A stretch of DNA of 64,000 nucleotides, taken from the NCBI GenBank assembly GCA_001805965.1, contig MHHG01000057.1, positions 13,514 to 77,513 of the forward strand, written 5' to 3'. Made by a program: the position numbers and the translations under genes. The notes beneath the pieces were generated by a model that was not told the DNA's origin, did not search any database, and saw nothing but the letters and a program-made list of their open reading frames with translations. Origin of the DNA: Omnitrophica WOR_2 bacterium RIFOXYA2_FULL_38_17. Its GTDB lineage: Bacteria; Omnitrophota; Gorgyraeia; Zapsychrales; Zapsychraceae. Positions 1-9,506 of the stretch are shown here, in pieces (position 1 is the stretch's first letter; the number at the start of each line of letters is the position of its first letter).

Positions 1-275
1 TGACCATATTTTGTATAATCAATATTTAGCTCTTCCATGCTCTTTTTCATTGCAGGTATAAATCCCCCTGGCGTTTCTGCGAAAAAGGCATCAACCATAT
101 CCTTTTCCACAATAACATTACGACCTTCTTCTCTTATAATACTTTCAGCCTTTTTAGATACTCTGAGCTCTGCAATACCGCGAATGAGATCCGGGATCTC
201 TAAAAGTATTTTTTGAAAATGTTGTTCAGTCGATTCATCCCAACTGATCTTATTCTGAGAATCATGTTCTGACAA
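1..275 (-). CDS. partial CDS (runs off the window edge), hypothetical protein; likely TTG start after a GGAGGT ribosome-binding site
   Basis: Open minus-strand frame from the window edge to about 275 (…EHDSQNKISWDESTEQHFQKILLEIPDLIRGIAELRVSKKAESIIREEGRNVIVEKDMVDAFFAETPGGFIPAMKK…). A GGAGG motif sits 5 nt upstream of an in-frame TTG. It is not in the ORF track because it is truncated. Confidence 0.35.
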   Translation of the reverse strand, partial: MSEHDSQNKISWDESTEQHFQKILLEIPDLIRGIAELRVSKKAESIIREEGRNVIVEKDMVDAFFAETPGGFIPAMKKSMEELNIDYTKYG

Positions 276-328
276 ATCATACCTCCACTTTAATATTAAT
301 CAAAGCTTTAACCGTTTACCAAAATCAC

Positions 329-694
329 CTACTTAATCAATTTCCCTACAACTTCTAACAATTCATCTGGGTCAAAAGGTTTTTTAATGTATGCATCGGG
401 CTCAGTAAAATCATGAAAATAATTATTTGCCTCATCATCACGAGATGTTATCAGGATAATAGGTATATTTTTCAAATCATTGTCTTTTTTTAATTTATTG
501 CAAAGCTCAAAACCATTAAGGACAGGCATTATTACATCAGATGTGATGAGGTCTGGCGGGTCACTTTTTATCACATCAAAGGCCTCTCTCCCATCCAAAG
601 CAGGCAAAACCTCATATCCTGCAGACTCAAATGTCAGGACCAGTAAATTTCTAATTTCAGGATCATCATCAACAACTAAGATTCTTTTTGCCAT
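329..694 (-). CDS. stand-alone response regulator receiver domain (CheY-like)
   Basis: Only 121 aa. Phosphoacceptor and acidic-pocket residues present (VVDDD…DLITSDVIMP…KKP). No output domain. Confidence 0.8.
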   Translation of the reverse strand: MAKRILVVDDDPEIRNLLVLTFESAGYEVLPALDGREAFDVIKSDPPDLITSDVIMPVLNGFELCNKLKKDNDLKNIPIILITSRDDEANNYFHDFTEPDAYIKKPFDPDELLEVVGKLIK

Positions 695-851
695 ATAAAT
701 CTCTCCTGTTAAATTAAGATATTTTCTTATAAATAACTCCTGCTTTTTCCTCGACAGGCAACAAGCCGTTCTCTTTGTATACTTTCTTTGCGATAATCCC
801 TTCTTGTCCTTTTCTTACTTTCCGCATTAGACATTTTAATATTAATCTTAT

Positions 852-1463
852 CTAAGCAGGATCGTCACATTTAGCAGGAACTTTATCTAGCAAGTCATGT
901 TCACTAATCTCTTTTTTTATTAGGTGTACGCCGCTTTCACTTATACTGCTCACATCCTCGATCGTATAAAAAGCATTTGGATTATATTGTTTAACCATAT
1001 CTACCAACCATGAAATTTCTGAACGTCTAACGATTATATATATAATATCAACCTTTCCGCTGAGGCCTTCTCCTTCTACCCTGGTCACTCCATAACCCTT
1101 ATTCTGTAAATATTCTATCAACCTGGAAGCTTTCTTACGTGTAATTATGCGAAGGATCTGGAACCCGATAGCCAATTTTTCTTCAATGATCATTCCCACA
1201 TACGTTCCCGTAGCAAACCCTCCTGCGAATCCTATATAACACAAAGGGTTCGATAGGTTCATTATGATCTGCCTAAAGGCAAATAACCATATGAGAACTT
1301 GAAAAAAACCGATCAGAGGGGCTATAAATTTCTTGTTCCTGGAAAGAAGCATTATACGCAATGTATCCATTGAAACATCACAGATCCTCGCCAAGAAGAT
1401 AAACATCGGCAACAAAAACCACTGATAAAACATGCTATTGTTATGAAATAACTCCATCATCAA
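852..1463 (-). CDS. UPF0316/DUF2179 (YitT-like) membrane protein
   Basis: N-terminal transmembrane helices followed by a C-terminal DUF2179-like region (GYGVTRVEGEGLSGK…IIYIIVRRSEI). Confidence 0.5.
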   Translation of the reverse strand: MMMELFHNNSMFYQWFLLPMFIFLARICDVSMDTLRIMLLSRNKKFIAPLIGFFQVLIWLFAFRQIIMNLSNPLCYIGFAGGFATGTYVGMIIEEKLAIGFQILRIITRKKASRLIEYLQNKGYGVTRVEGEGLSGKVDIIYIIVRRSEISWLVDMVKQYNPNAFYTIEDVSSISESGVHLIKKEISEHDLLDKVPAKCDDPA

Positions 1464-1637
1464 TTATCCTTTGTTAAAACTTAAAAAAACAAACAAAATC
1501 CCTAAATTCTTTTTTTGATTATATCGTGCATTATAAAATCTACTTTTATTATAGTAAGTAAAGGAAGGACAACACTATTTATTTCATCTTTTTTTACTAC
1601 AGGAATTAAAGAGAGCTGCCGGTAATAGCCACTATTC

Positions 1638-3698
1638 TCATTCTACCAGCTTGCCTTTTTTATAGATCCTTTCAGGCAATAATTTTCCGTTTCTATCATA
1701 CTTTTTTACAACTCCATCGAGCTCACCATCCACATAAGTATACTCATACATTAATATCCCATTTTCATAATACTCTTTCACAGTGCTGTTATCAGTGCCT
1801 TCATTATAAAATCCTTCCAGCTTTAAACTTCCGCTCTTATAATATTCCTTACAAAAAGTTTGCTTGTTGCAATAATCCACACAGGTAGTCCCCATGTTTG
1901 CTTCAGCATCAGGACACTCCCAATGTTTTTCACCTGTATCATAAGAATATATGCGAAAACCATCTTTTTCGGTGTAATCTTTTTTCTCATTAAAAGCTAT
2001 TTGCTCATATCTTACCTTTTTAATGAAATAACCAACCTTATACTCGTCGATCCTGACCAATTCTGCGTCTTTTAACCACTCTTTATTTATTTCAGGCAAA
2101 GCAAAGAATTGATCACTTTTATGTTTATAAAAGAACTGCTTTACCCTGCTCCTTAAAATATTCTGATTATACTGCGGGCTGGATATTTGAGAATCATCGA
2201 TATTATCCGGGAAATAAGCCTCCCCTGTCACTTTATTTCTAAGAACATAAAATGCCTGGCTGCTGCCGTTATATGAATAGAACTGAAACTGATTTATATC
2301 TTTTTGCAGGTCAGCATTTAGCTTTAGGTTAACTTTTTTTTCACCAAGAACGATCTTAACCCCTAAACTATTTTCAACAATATCATAAATAACAACCTGT
2401 TCTGGCCCAACCCAAACCTTTGTATCTTCAACTAAAGGAATTATTGATGTTATCCTATATTCGCTCACATTGAACTTTCCCTCTGCGGAATATTCACCTT
2501 TCTTATCTTTAAATTTTTCATAATCTTCTTCCCGTATCTTAAACAGTATATCTGAGCTATTAGATTTGTTATAAGGATTAACTATCTTAGTATCTTTGAG
2601 AATTGCTTTTATGGCATCTATCGAATCATGCTCGTATATAGACCCAAAGCCATAGCCCACAATATCTTCATGCCAGGTTAGGTCCTTACCAACTGCATAT
2701 TTCATGCTTGCATTTTTAAATTTATCTAATACCGCAACCTGTGCCTGGGGAAGGCCTTTTATGTCCTGGATCAGGTAAACATTCTTATATTTTAGTTCCT
2801 GTTTTTTCTTATAAAAATTATAATCTTGCCCTTCTGAGACTGAAACACTTTCTATTTGAGGTTCAATTTCTATTGAACCAGATATATTTAAAAGTTTGGG
2901 CTTTAATGATCCTATGTTAAGTATGTCCCAGCACCAAAACTTATTTATCAAAACAACAAATATAACCCCTAACACAATTAACTTTACTGTTTTTTTAGAA
3001 TTACGGGCTAAAAACTGATTTAATATGATCCATATGCCTATAACACCGTTGAAGACCATTTTAGCGAAAGAAATTGACCATTCTAAAGATACATTATAGG
3101 GATCCGTTTTAATTAAAGTCTTATTTGACAAATACTCAGTTATATGAATATCCCACAAATAAGAGAAAAAAGACTCAACCAATCCAAAGAGGAATAATGA
3201 AACCATGATTATTATCCCAACAAGTGCGAACTTGCTGAATTTTCGAGTCAAAGTCGCCAGAATAAACACCGGAACAATAAAATATAGCTTCTCATAAACT
3301 ATCTGAGGGATTGCCAATAAAATAAATTTAACTGCTACTCCATTGTTGATAAAAACTGCCACTTCAGACAATAAAGGTATTAATATCAAAAAAACAAGAA
3401 TAAATGATATCTTAGAAACAAGCAGTTCTTTTCGAGAAATTGGCCGAGTTAACCAAAATGCAGAATTCCCGACAAGCGCATCAACATGAATGAGCATAGG
3501 AACGATCACAATGATCATTAAATATTGCAATGATGCAATAAAGGAATTAATGTCCGTCAATTGTATCTGCATCTTGTAATTGTCAAGAAAGTAGCTTGTA
3601 TTGTTTAAAAAATAGAATAAAGCTAAAAGAGTCCATACGCCAATTAACCATTTTAATTTTGACAGGTCTTTTCTAAATATATGGGCACACATCTTCAT
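1638..3698 (-). CDS. ABC-2 type permease fused to a large extracytoplasmic domain and C-terminal YwqK/MORN-variant repeats
   Basis: About 6 N-terminal TM helices, then roughly 350 aa of soluble domain, then repeats of the type YYENGILMYEYTYVDGELDGVVKKYDRNGKL. Sits directly downstream of an ABC ATPase and a GntR regulator. Confidence 0.55.
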   Translation of the reverse strand: MKMCAHIFRKDLSKLKWLIGVWTLLALFYFLNNTSYFLDNYKMQIQLTDINSFIASLQYLMIIVIVPMLIHVDALVGNSAFWLTRPISRKELLVSKISFILVFLILIPLLSEVAVFINNGVAVKFILLAIPQIVYEKLYFIVPVFILATLTRKFSKFALVGIIIMVSLFLFGLVESFFSYLWDIHITEYLSNKTLIKTDPYNVSLEWSISFAKMVFNGVIGIWIILNQFLARNSKKTVKLIVLGVIFVVLINKFWCWDILNIGSLKPKLLNISGSIEIEPQIESVSVSEGQDYNFYKKKQELKYKNVYLIQDIKGLPQAQVAVLDKFKNASMKYAVGKDLTWHEDIVGYGFGSIYEHDSIDAIKAILKDTKIVNPYNKSNSSDILFKIREEDYEKFKDKKGEYSAEGKFNVSEYRITSIIPLVEDTKVWVGPEQVVIYDIVENSLGVKIVLGEKKVNLKLNADLQKDINQFQFYSYNGSSQAFYVLRNKVTGEAYFPDNIDDSQISSPQYNQNILRSRVKQFFYKHKSDQFFALPEINKEWLKDAELVRIDEYKVGYFIKKVRYEQIAFNEKKDYTEKDGFRIYSYDTGEKHWECPDAEANMGTTCVDYCNKQTFCKEYYKSGSLKLEGFYNEGTDNSTVKEYYENGILMYEYTYVDGELDGVVKKYDRNGKLLPERIYKKGKLVE

Positions 3699-3707
3699 TG
3701 TACTCTC

Positions 3708-4616
3708 CTATTTCTTGACCATTCTGTACTGTTTTGCCAGAATAACAAAGATCTCACGCAAAGTCATGCCCGCAGCAGAAACATCCGAATGATCTGGAAA
3801 TATTTTTTTAATTTTTTCTCTTGTTTGCTTGTCCGAATATTGAGAATCAACAAAATTAATAATTCTGTCCTTACACTGCACTGATAGCCATTCTTCAGGA
3901 TAATTTATTTTTTCACTAATAGCCTCTTTTAAAATGATCTCTATCGTGCGAAACCGGTTTTGCAAGGATTCTGTTTCCTCGACCAATCTTTTTTTACCCA
4001 AATGTATAATGCCAACCCAATCTGCCAATCTTTCAACTTCATGAATATCATGGGATGAAATAAAAATAGTCCACTCCTGGTTCTGGGTGATCTCCAACAA
4101 GCCATCAATGAACTCTTCTCTTACCACCGGATCCAGCCCGCTAAAAGGTTCATCCAGGATTAAAAGCTTAGGCCTGAAGGACAATGAAGAGACTAAAGCT
4201 GTCTTCATTTTCATTCCACGTGAGAATGTTTTAATTTTCTGTTTATATGGTATATCGAACTGCGCAAGAAGATCTTTACAGAATTTATCATCCCAAGTTG
4301 AATACATCGGCTTGCAATAATTTATCAATTGTTCGACCGTCATCCATTCAAGCAATTCCTGATTCTCAGAAACATATCCTATTTGAGAGACCTCTTTAGG
4401 GCTTAGCCTTTTAGAATCAACCCCAAAAACCGATATTATCCCCTTAGTTGGAGAAGTTATATCCATCATCATATTTATAGTTGTTGTTTTCCCTGCCCCA
4501 TTAGGCCCCAGAAACGCAAAAATACTTCCTTGGGGAACTTGAAGGTACAGGCCATCTACCGCAACAAGTCTCCCAAATCTCTTAGTTAAATTTTGAATTT
4601 CTATTGCGTAATTCAT
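3708..4616 (-). CDS. ABC transporter ATP-binding protein
   Basis: Walker A (GPNGAGKTTT), ABC signature (FSRGMKMK) and Walker B (LLILDEP). Confidence 0.85.
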   Translation of the reverse strand: MNYAIEIQNLTKRFGRLVAVDGLYLQVPQGSIFAFLGPNGAGKTTTINMMMDITSPTKGIISVFGVDSKRLSPKEVSQIGYVSENQELLEWMTVEQLINYCKPMYSTWDDKFCKDLLAQFDIPYKQKIKTFSRGMKMKTALVSSLSFRPKLLILDEPFSGLDPVVREEFIDGLLEITQNQEWTIFISSHDIHEVERLADWVGIIHLGKKRLVEETESLQNRFRTIEIILKEAISEKINYPEEWLSVQCKDRIINFVDSQYSDKQTREKIKKIFPDHSDVSAAGMTLREIFVILAKQYRMVKK

Positions 4617-4618
4617 TT

Positions 4619-5002
4619 TTACTCCTCATTATCTAAATTCCAATGACTCTTAACAGCGTCAATAACTTCTTTTTTATTTATTAATAGGCGCTTTGCTTCA
4701 ACCACTAATTTTTCAATTTCCGTATCAAGAATCTCCTTGCGCTGCAGATCGGTAGCCTCTTTAAGCTCACTTACAACACTGCCTATTCCAGGCTTAATTA
4801 TAAGCAATTTCTCTCTAACCAGATGCGCAATTACTTTCTGGGCTGTATTTGGATTAATTCTCAGGTCCTTGCTCAGTTCTCTAACCGAGGGAAAAGTGTC
4901 TCCTGGCCTTAACTGTTCTGAGACAATAGCCTTTTTAACCGCATAAATTATTTGTTCATATATAGGCACACCAGATTGGAATTTTATTGAGAAGTTGATC
5001 AT
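4619..5002 (-). CDS. GntR-family (YtrA-like) transcriptional regulator
   Basis: 127 aa with an N-terminal winged helix (PGDTFPSVRELSKDLRINPNTAQKVIAHL). Stop/start abuts the ABC ATPase, the typical ytrA-ABC arrangement. Confidence 0.8.
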   Translation of the reverse strand: MINFSIKFQSGVPIYEQIIYAVKKAIVSEQLRPGDTFPSVRELSKDLRINPNTAQKVIAHLVREKLLIIKPGIGSVVSELKEATDLQRKEILDTEIEKLVVEAKRLLINKKEVIDAVKSHWNLDNEE

Positions 5003-5101
5003 CCCTAAGTTCCTTTATTTACAAGTCAAACACATCCCAAGTGTAGTATGCAACATAGTACACCTGAATGTCAAGATTACCAAGGGACAATATAAAATTG
5101 G

Positions 5102-6406
5102 CTAAGTAAAGTGCACTTCTTTAGGGAGGGGTTTTATGAATTCCTGGCGCAGGCTGTAGGTGTAGGCGCCTTGTGTAGGTATAAGAAGGATATCCCCTTC
5201 TTCTATGCTTTTGCCGAAATATGAATAACCCCATAGATCATGTGGCGTGCAAAGCGACCCGAATACCATACAAGGATTTTCCTTCAAGGCCGGAGAACTA
5301 AGATTTATAACCGGGAAATAATCCATTTCGAAACGTTCCCATCCAATACTGTTCGTTCCGCCATCCGTAATTACAACGTCTTTATCTTTTTTATCGATAA
5401 CCTTAAGAAGTATATGCATCGCTTCATGGCTTAACCACCGACCAGGTTCAATACAAATATCACAATCCAGATATTTAAATATGTATTTTTCAAGCGCCTT
5501 AGAAAGCTTTTTTGAAAATTCTTCGATCGTGATTGAAGGCAAGTACCTGTGATCCATCCCTTCTGTAAGCTGAGGGTCCAGGCATTGTTTCAGTTTTCCC
5601 TCAGGTGTTGACCCGGGCTGCATCCATTCCCCCTGCTGTGGCCAATATCCTCCGCCAATATCCAGAAATTTTATCTTTTTAAGGATGTTCTTATCCATGC
5701 GAGACAGCATTTTCGCTATCCTTGACAGAAAAGCAACCTGCTTGCCAGCGTTAAGGTTCCAGCTTGAATGAAATTGAAGCCCACAAACATCAACGTTTTT
5801 CTTTTTTTTCGCTTCTTCAAAAAACCGGGGGACTTCTTTTAAAGGTATTCCAAATTTGCGCCAAAGGCCGTTCTCTTCGATCATCAGCCTTACTCCGGCA
5901 CGAATGCGGACGCCTGCCTTTGAAGCAACTTCATCCAGACGCGATAACTCGCCGAAACTATCTAACAGGACTGTGACCTTATCCGCCTGTCTTGTGCAGA
6001 GCATATGTTCATCATAAGTCTTTCCAGGCCCGCTGAATATTAACGAATTAGTTCCAAGTGAAAGCGCCTGGTTTAACTCCTTGCCGCTTGAGACATCGAT
6101 CCCGAAGCCTTCTTTAAGAAGTGTCTGTATAATGAACGAACTGTTGTTACTTTTTAATGCATAAAAGAATTTTGCGCTAGGAATCTCTTTAATGAACGCA
6201 TCGCGCATCTGCCTTGCCTTTCTTATCAATGCATTTTCATCAAATACATATAAAGGAGACCCGTTTTCCTCAACAATTGAAAGAAACTTTTTACGCTCGT
6301 TCAAAAATCCTGCAACAAAGCCCTCAAGCATTTCACGGCTCATCAGAGGTGTTTCATTTTTTAATATTTCGCGGGCTCTATCTAGCTGCTGTTTCACGTT
6401 CATCAT
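5102..6406 (-). CDS. PLP-dependent decarboxylase, alanine-racemase fold (Orn/DAP/Arg/carboxy(nor)spermidine decarboxylase family)
   Basis: PLP-lysine motif FFYALKSN, GIDVSSGKE, EPGR, CTPHD and GAYTYS motifs. Overlaps the upstream ATP-grasp gene by 29 nt. Confidence 0.75.
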   Translation of the reverse strand: MMNVKQQLDRAREILKNETPLMSREMLEGFVAGFLNERKKFLSIVEENGSPLYVFDENALIRKARQMRDAFIKEIPSAKFFYALKSNNSSFIIQTLLKEGFGIDVSSGKELNQALSLGTNSLIFSGPGKTYDEHMLCTRQADKVTVLLDSFGELSRLDEVASKAGVRIRAGVRLMIEENGLWRKFGIPLKEVPRFFEEAKKKKNVDVCGLQFHSSWNLNAGKQVAFLSRIAKMLSRMDKNILKKIKFLDIGGGYWPQQGEWMQPGSTPEGKLKQCLDPQLTEGMDHRYLPSITIEEFSKKLSKALEKYIFKYLDCDICIEPGRWLSHEAMHILLKVIDKKDKDVVITDGGTNSIGWERFEMDYFPVINLSSPALKENPCMVFGSLCTPHDLWGYSYFGKSIEEGDILLIPTQGAYTYSLRQEFIKPLPKEVHFT

Positions 6407-7685
6407 TTAATTCCATTTCAAAAATCAATTTTTGAGATATATCTTCGCACTGTTCTTCAAGATCTTGATCCAGGTACGGCCTGAAAAAAACATGTCCCAG
6501 AAGCCTGGATTCATAATCATTTGGTGGCATAACGATCCTATCGCCTTTAGAATGCTTCAAATTGCATCTTATGACCCTTTCATCGCTGAGTATTACCGAA
6601 GGATCAATATCTTTCAATATTCCATTTCTATCTGCCAGCAGATGCAATCCTATGACCTTCTGCCATTTTTCGATCTCAAAAGGATATACCGGCTTACACT
6701 CAGCAAAATCAAGCGCAGCTCCAAAAATATCAAAACCGCTGCTTTCCTTAATAAGAAATGGCAGGCAATCCCCTCCGGGCCTTGGCGTAAGCTCCAAAAT
6801 AAATATCTCACCTTTATAGATCTTAAAGTCAGCCATGGCCATTATTCTTTTTTCATCCAGGCTTTTAACAATATCATAAAGATAAGATCTCAGTTTTTTT
6901 TCAGTTACCCCCTCAGGAAGTTCAGCTGGCAATATATAGGCCGAAACGGTCCCGAAAGTTGCATTTTTATTGATTATCTTCTTTGTAAGACGCAATATAT
7001 TTAACTGGCCATCATCACAAATGAAATCACAGCTATATTCATCACCAGGGATATACTGCTCCATTACAAAGACTTCGTGAGGGTCATTGCTGACTAACAA
7101 GCTGTTTCCGGAATACATCCTGCCTCGCTTATCCTTCATTTTTTCCATGATAATTGAGCAGGCTTCTCGGCAAGATTCCTTGTCTTCGCACTTAAAAACA
7201 AGCTCGCTTCCACTGCCTGTCAGAGGCTTAATAATAGCTGGGCCCTCAAATTTGTCAAAAGAACGGGCAGCCTCTTCTTCATTGCGTATCAGGAAGACTT
7301 CCGGGCATAATATGCCGTCATCCTTGATTATTTTCTTGAAAGTATATTTTGACCGGCAGTTGATCACTGTATCAAGGCTGGGAAAAGAGACCGAAAATAT
7401 TTCAGCAATGACCGCTGTAAGAACCAAGGATTCGCAATCAAAACAAGCAAATCCTGATACAGCAAAATCATATTCATCCATTGCCTTTCTCAGAGACGCT
7501 ACAACAGAATTATGGTCCTCCAGATCAAGAAGGATCTCCATTGAGCTCTCAGGGTGAGAATTCTGCCATTTCGCTCTTTCTTCAAAATCTGTCAGAAAAA
7601 ACACCCTGTCGCCGAACTTTTCAATCAGTATCTCTATATAATCTGCCGTTGTTCCGACAACAACTATTCTGCTTTTACAAGACAC
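6378..7685 (-). CDS. ATP-grasp family carboxylate-amine ligase (L-amino-acid-ligase-like)
   Basis: ATP-grasp motifs (IIKPLTGSGSELVFKC; FVMEQYIPGDEYSCDFI; FILELTPRPGGD) with an N-terminal pre-ATP-grasp region. Confidence 0.7.
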   Translation of the reverse strand: MSCKSRIVVVGTTADYIEILIEKFGDRVFFLTDFEERAKWQNSHPESSMEILLDLEDHNSVVASLRKAMDEYDFAVSGFACFDCESLVLTAVIAEIFSVSFPSLDTVINCRSKYTFKKIIKDDGILCPEVFLIRNEEEAARSFDKFEGPAIIKPLTGSGSELVFKCEDKESCREACSIIMEKMKDKRGRMYSGNSLLVSNDPHEVFVMEQYIPGDEYSCDFICDDGQLNILRLTKKIINKNATFGTVSAYILPAELPEGVTEKKLRSYLYDIVKSLDEKRIMAMADFKIYKGEIFILELTPRPGGDCLPFLIKESSGFDIFGAALDFAECKPVYPFEIEKWQKVIGLHLLADRNGILKDIDPSVILSDERVIRCNLKHSKGDRIVMPPNDYESRLLGHVFFRPYLDQDLEEQCEDISQKLIFEMELNDERETAAR

Positions 7686-8614
7686 TTTTTTTCCTCTTCA
7701 ATGTTAGATATTATGTATAAAGGGCGGGCTTCAAGGCGGAATATGCGTTTCCATGAAAAATCTCCACAAAGAAAATCAACCTCTTCATATTGCTTTTCAC
7801 ATGCCTGCCTCATATGATACAGATTTATAACCTTTGCAACCCCAGGAAAATCAGCATTTGTACCCCCTGCAAAAAGAGTATAAACCCCATCACGTAAACA
7901 CCCAACATCAACTGCAGCTATCTCGTTCTCTATAATGACCGTTATTACCTTAAGCCAGCCTTTTTCCTTTACCAATTCCACAAGGTCCCTAAAGCTGTTG
8001 TAAAAACGACTATCGGCAAAATATGACTTATCGCCAAAACGGTCAATATTCATCTTAACAAGGATTTCTATATCCTCTGTTTCATCAAACCTGAATGAAA
8101 GGCTTCGAGCATAAAGGTTTTCAACTTCTTTTTTTATGGATTTTATGGACTTTCTGTTAAAAGTCCCATAATATCCATCCATACTAAACCCGAAGTTTTT
8201 AGGGTGAAAAAGATAACCTATCTCATCAACTTGAGAAATGTCTGACAAAGGTATTGCACCGGGGAGAATATACCGCAATGAATATTTTATGCCCTCATCT
8301 TTCATCCAGGCAAACATACTGTCAAGAACTTCCTTGTCTCGAGCAAAAATCCTGTTCTGCTCAAGCCATGTCTTACCATCCCAGACCTCTCCCGGAAAAT
8401 ATCCATAGCTGTCATTCTCTTCTATCCAGCTTAGCGGAAGAAATCCAACTAACTTTCCATCATCCTCTGCAACTACAAAAAAAAGCCTGCGGTTAAAATG
8501 TCTATTGAAACAAATACGAGCCTCCCAAAGATCAGTCAAGACTTCAGAAGGCATAAAGTGTTCCCATAGACGGCCACAAGCCTCTAGATCAGATTCACTA
8601 TAGATTGTTAGCAT
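7664..8614 (-). CDS. GNAT-fold FemAB/BioF2-like (Acetyltransf_6-type) acyl/aminoacyl transferase
   Basis: 316 aa. Overall resemblance to FemAB/CelD-like GNAT-fold proteins. Start overlaps the ATP-grasp gene by 22 nt and the stop abuts the SpeH-like gene. Confidence 0.4.
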   Translation of the reverse strand: MLTIYSESDLEACGRLWEHFMPSEVLTDLWEARICFNRHFNRRLFFVVAEDDGKLVGFLPLSWIEENDSYGYFPGEVWDGKTWLEQNRIFARDKEVLDSMFAWMKDEGIKYSLRYILPGAIPLSDISQVDEIGYLFHPKNFGFSMDGYYGTFNRKSIKSIKKEVENLYARSLSFRFDETEDIEILVKMNIDRFGDKSYFADSRFYNSFRDLVELVKEKGWLKVITVIIENEIAAVDVGCLRDGVYTLFAGGTNADFPGVAKVINLYHMRQACEKQYEEVDFLCGDFSWKRIFRLEARPLYIISNIEEEKKCLVKAE

Positions 8615-8615
8615 G

Positions 8616-9041
8616 CTAGTATCGATATTTTACGTTCGTAATGCAACTTTTCCCGCCAAAGAATTTTTTTGAAAACTCTTCTACAATACTAACATCATAC
8701 GGCTTACAGCTGAAAACATCCAGGTAAACTGTTTCTGTCATATTTGCAAAATGTGCGGAAATAAGCGACGTTTCGATCAATTGTACCATCGAAAAACCAG
8801 CCACTCTTTCATCTTCACCGAAATGAACGACTTGTGTTTCCCCAAATCGCTTCATTTCTATAAGGTCACATAGCTTTTTTACGAATTCTTTGATCTTCTC
8901 TTTGTTTCTTATTGTTTGCGGATCACAATCATAAATATCGATACTACTTGCTATACCCCATACTGTCCCTCTTGATGCCTCCTCGAGCATGTCGAATTTT
9001 GATGGTAATGCTTCCAAACAACAACCTTGAGTCTTTGCCAT
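8616..9041 (-). CDS. SpeH-like pyruvoyl-dependent decarboxylase (AdoMetDC family; AdoMet or arginine decarboxylase)
   Basis: 141 aa. The core …VQLIETSLISAHF…YLDVFSC… aligns to the SpeH ES-HISIHTWPE…D.F.C processing/active-site region, with T-S where ES is usual. Confidence 0.55.
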   Translation of the reverse strand: MAKTQGCCLEALPSKFDMLEEASRGTVWGIASSIDIYDCDPQTIRNKEKIKEFVKKLCDLIEMKRFGETQVVHFGEDERVAGFSMVQLIETSLISAHFANMTETVYLDVFSCKPYDVSIVEEFSKKFFGGKSCITNVKYRY

Positions 9042-9506
9042 TTTAACTCCTTTTTAAGTAATTTTTAGACTCATAAACTAATTTATCCCAACTTTTTACA
9101 GCTGAACTACAAATACTAACTATCCCGTTTAAAACTTCTATTTATAAAAAAACGTACTTCGAAAGGGTTATCAATCCTTTGGGGGATTGAACAACACAAT
9201 TATTAAAGTACGTCTAACTTTCTTTCCTTGTCAGGTCTAGATTTCATATCTAAACATTGCGATCAGTTTTTTACAACTGATATTTTTCTGGAACTTTCCC
9301 TCCTTTTTTTTATTTACAATTTAATAATAACAATTATTCACCAAATTGCTAATTATTTTTATTTTTTTTTAGTAATATTTTTTTTATGACTCGACGGTGA
9401 TAATTTGTTTTTTGCCCTATTCTATAAAAACCCCGCTTAAAGAAGATAATTATTCTTTTTTAAAAATTAAATGTAACTTATTTCACTTTTTCTTATCATT
9501 TATCTG

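Noticed and set aside
6432-7004. 190-aa and 85-aa plus-strand ORFs inside the ATP-grasp gene
   Set aside because: Antisense to a well-supported minus-strand CDS, low-complexity translation, no start context.
7087-7817. Plus-strand ORFs (156, 79, 87 aa) antisense to the ATP-grasp and Fem-like genes
   Set aside because: Shadow ORFs of the opposite-strand coding sequence. Ser/Leu-rich translations typical of antisense frames.
9042-9506. Long AT-rich leader upstream of the decarboxylase/ligase operon, examined for SAM or lysine riboswitch signatures
   Set aside because: One small hairpin (AAUCC…GGAUU) but no recognisable conserved riboswitch core. It may be a long 5'UTR/promoter, but I cannot support an RNA element.
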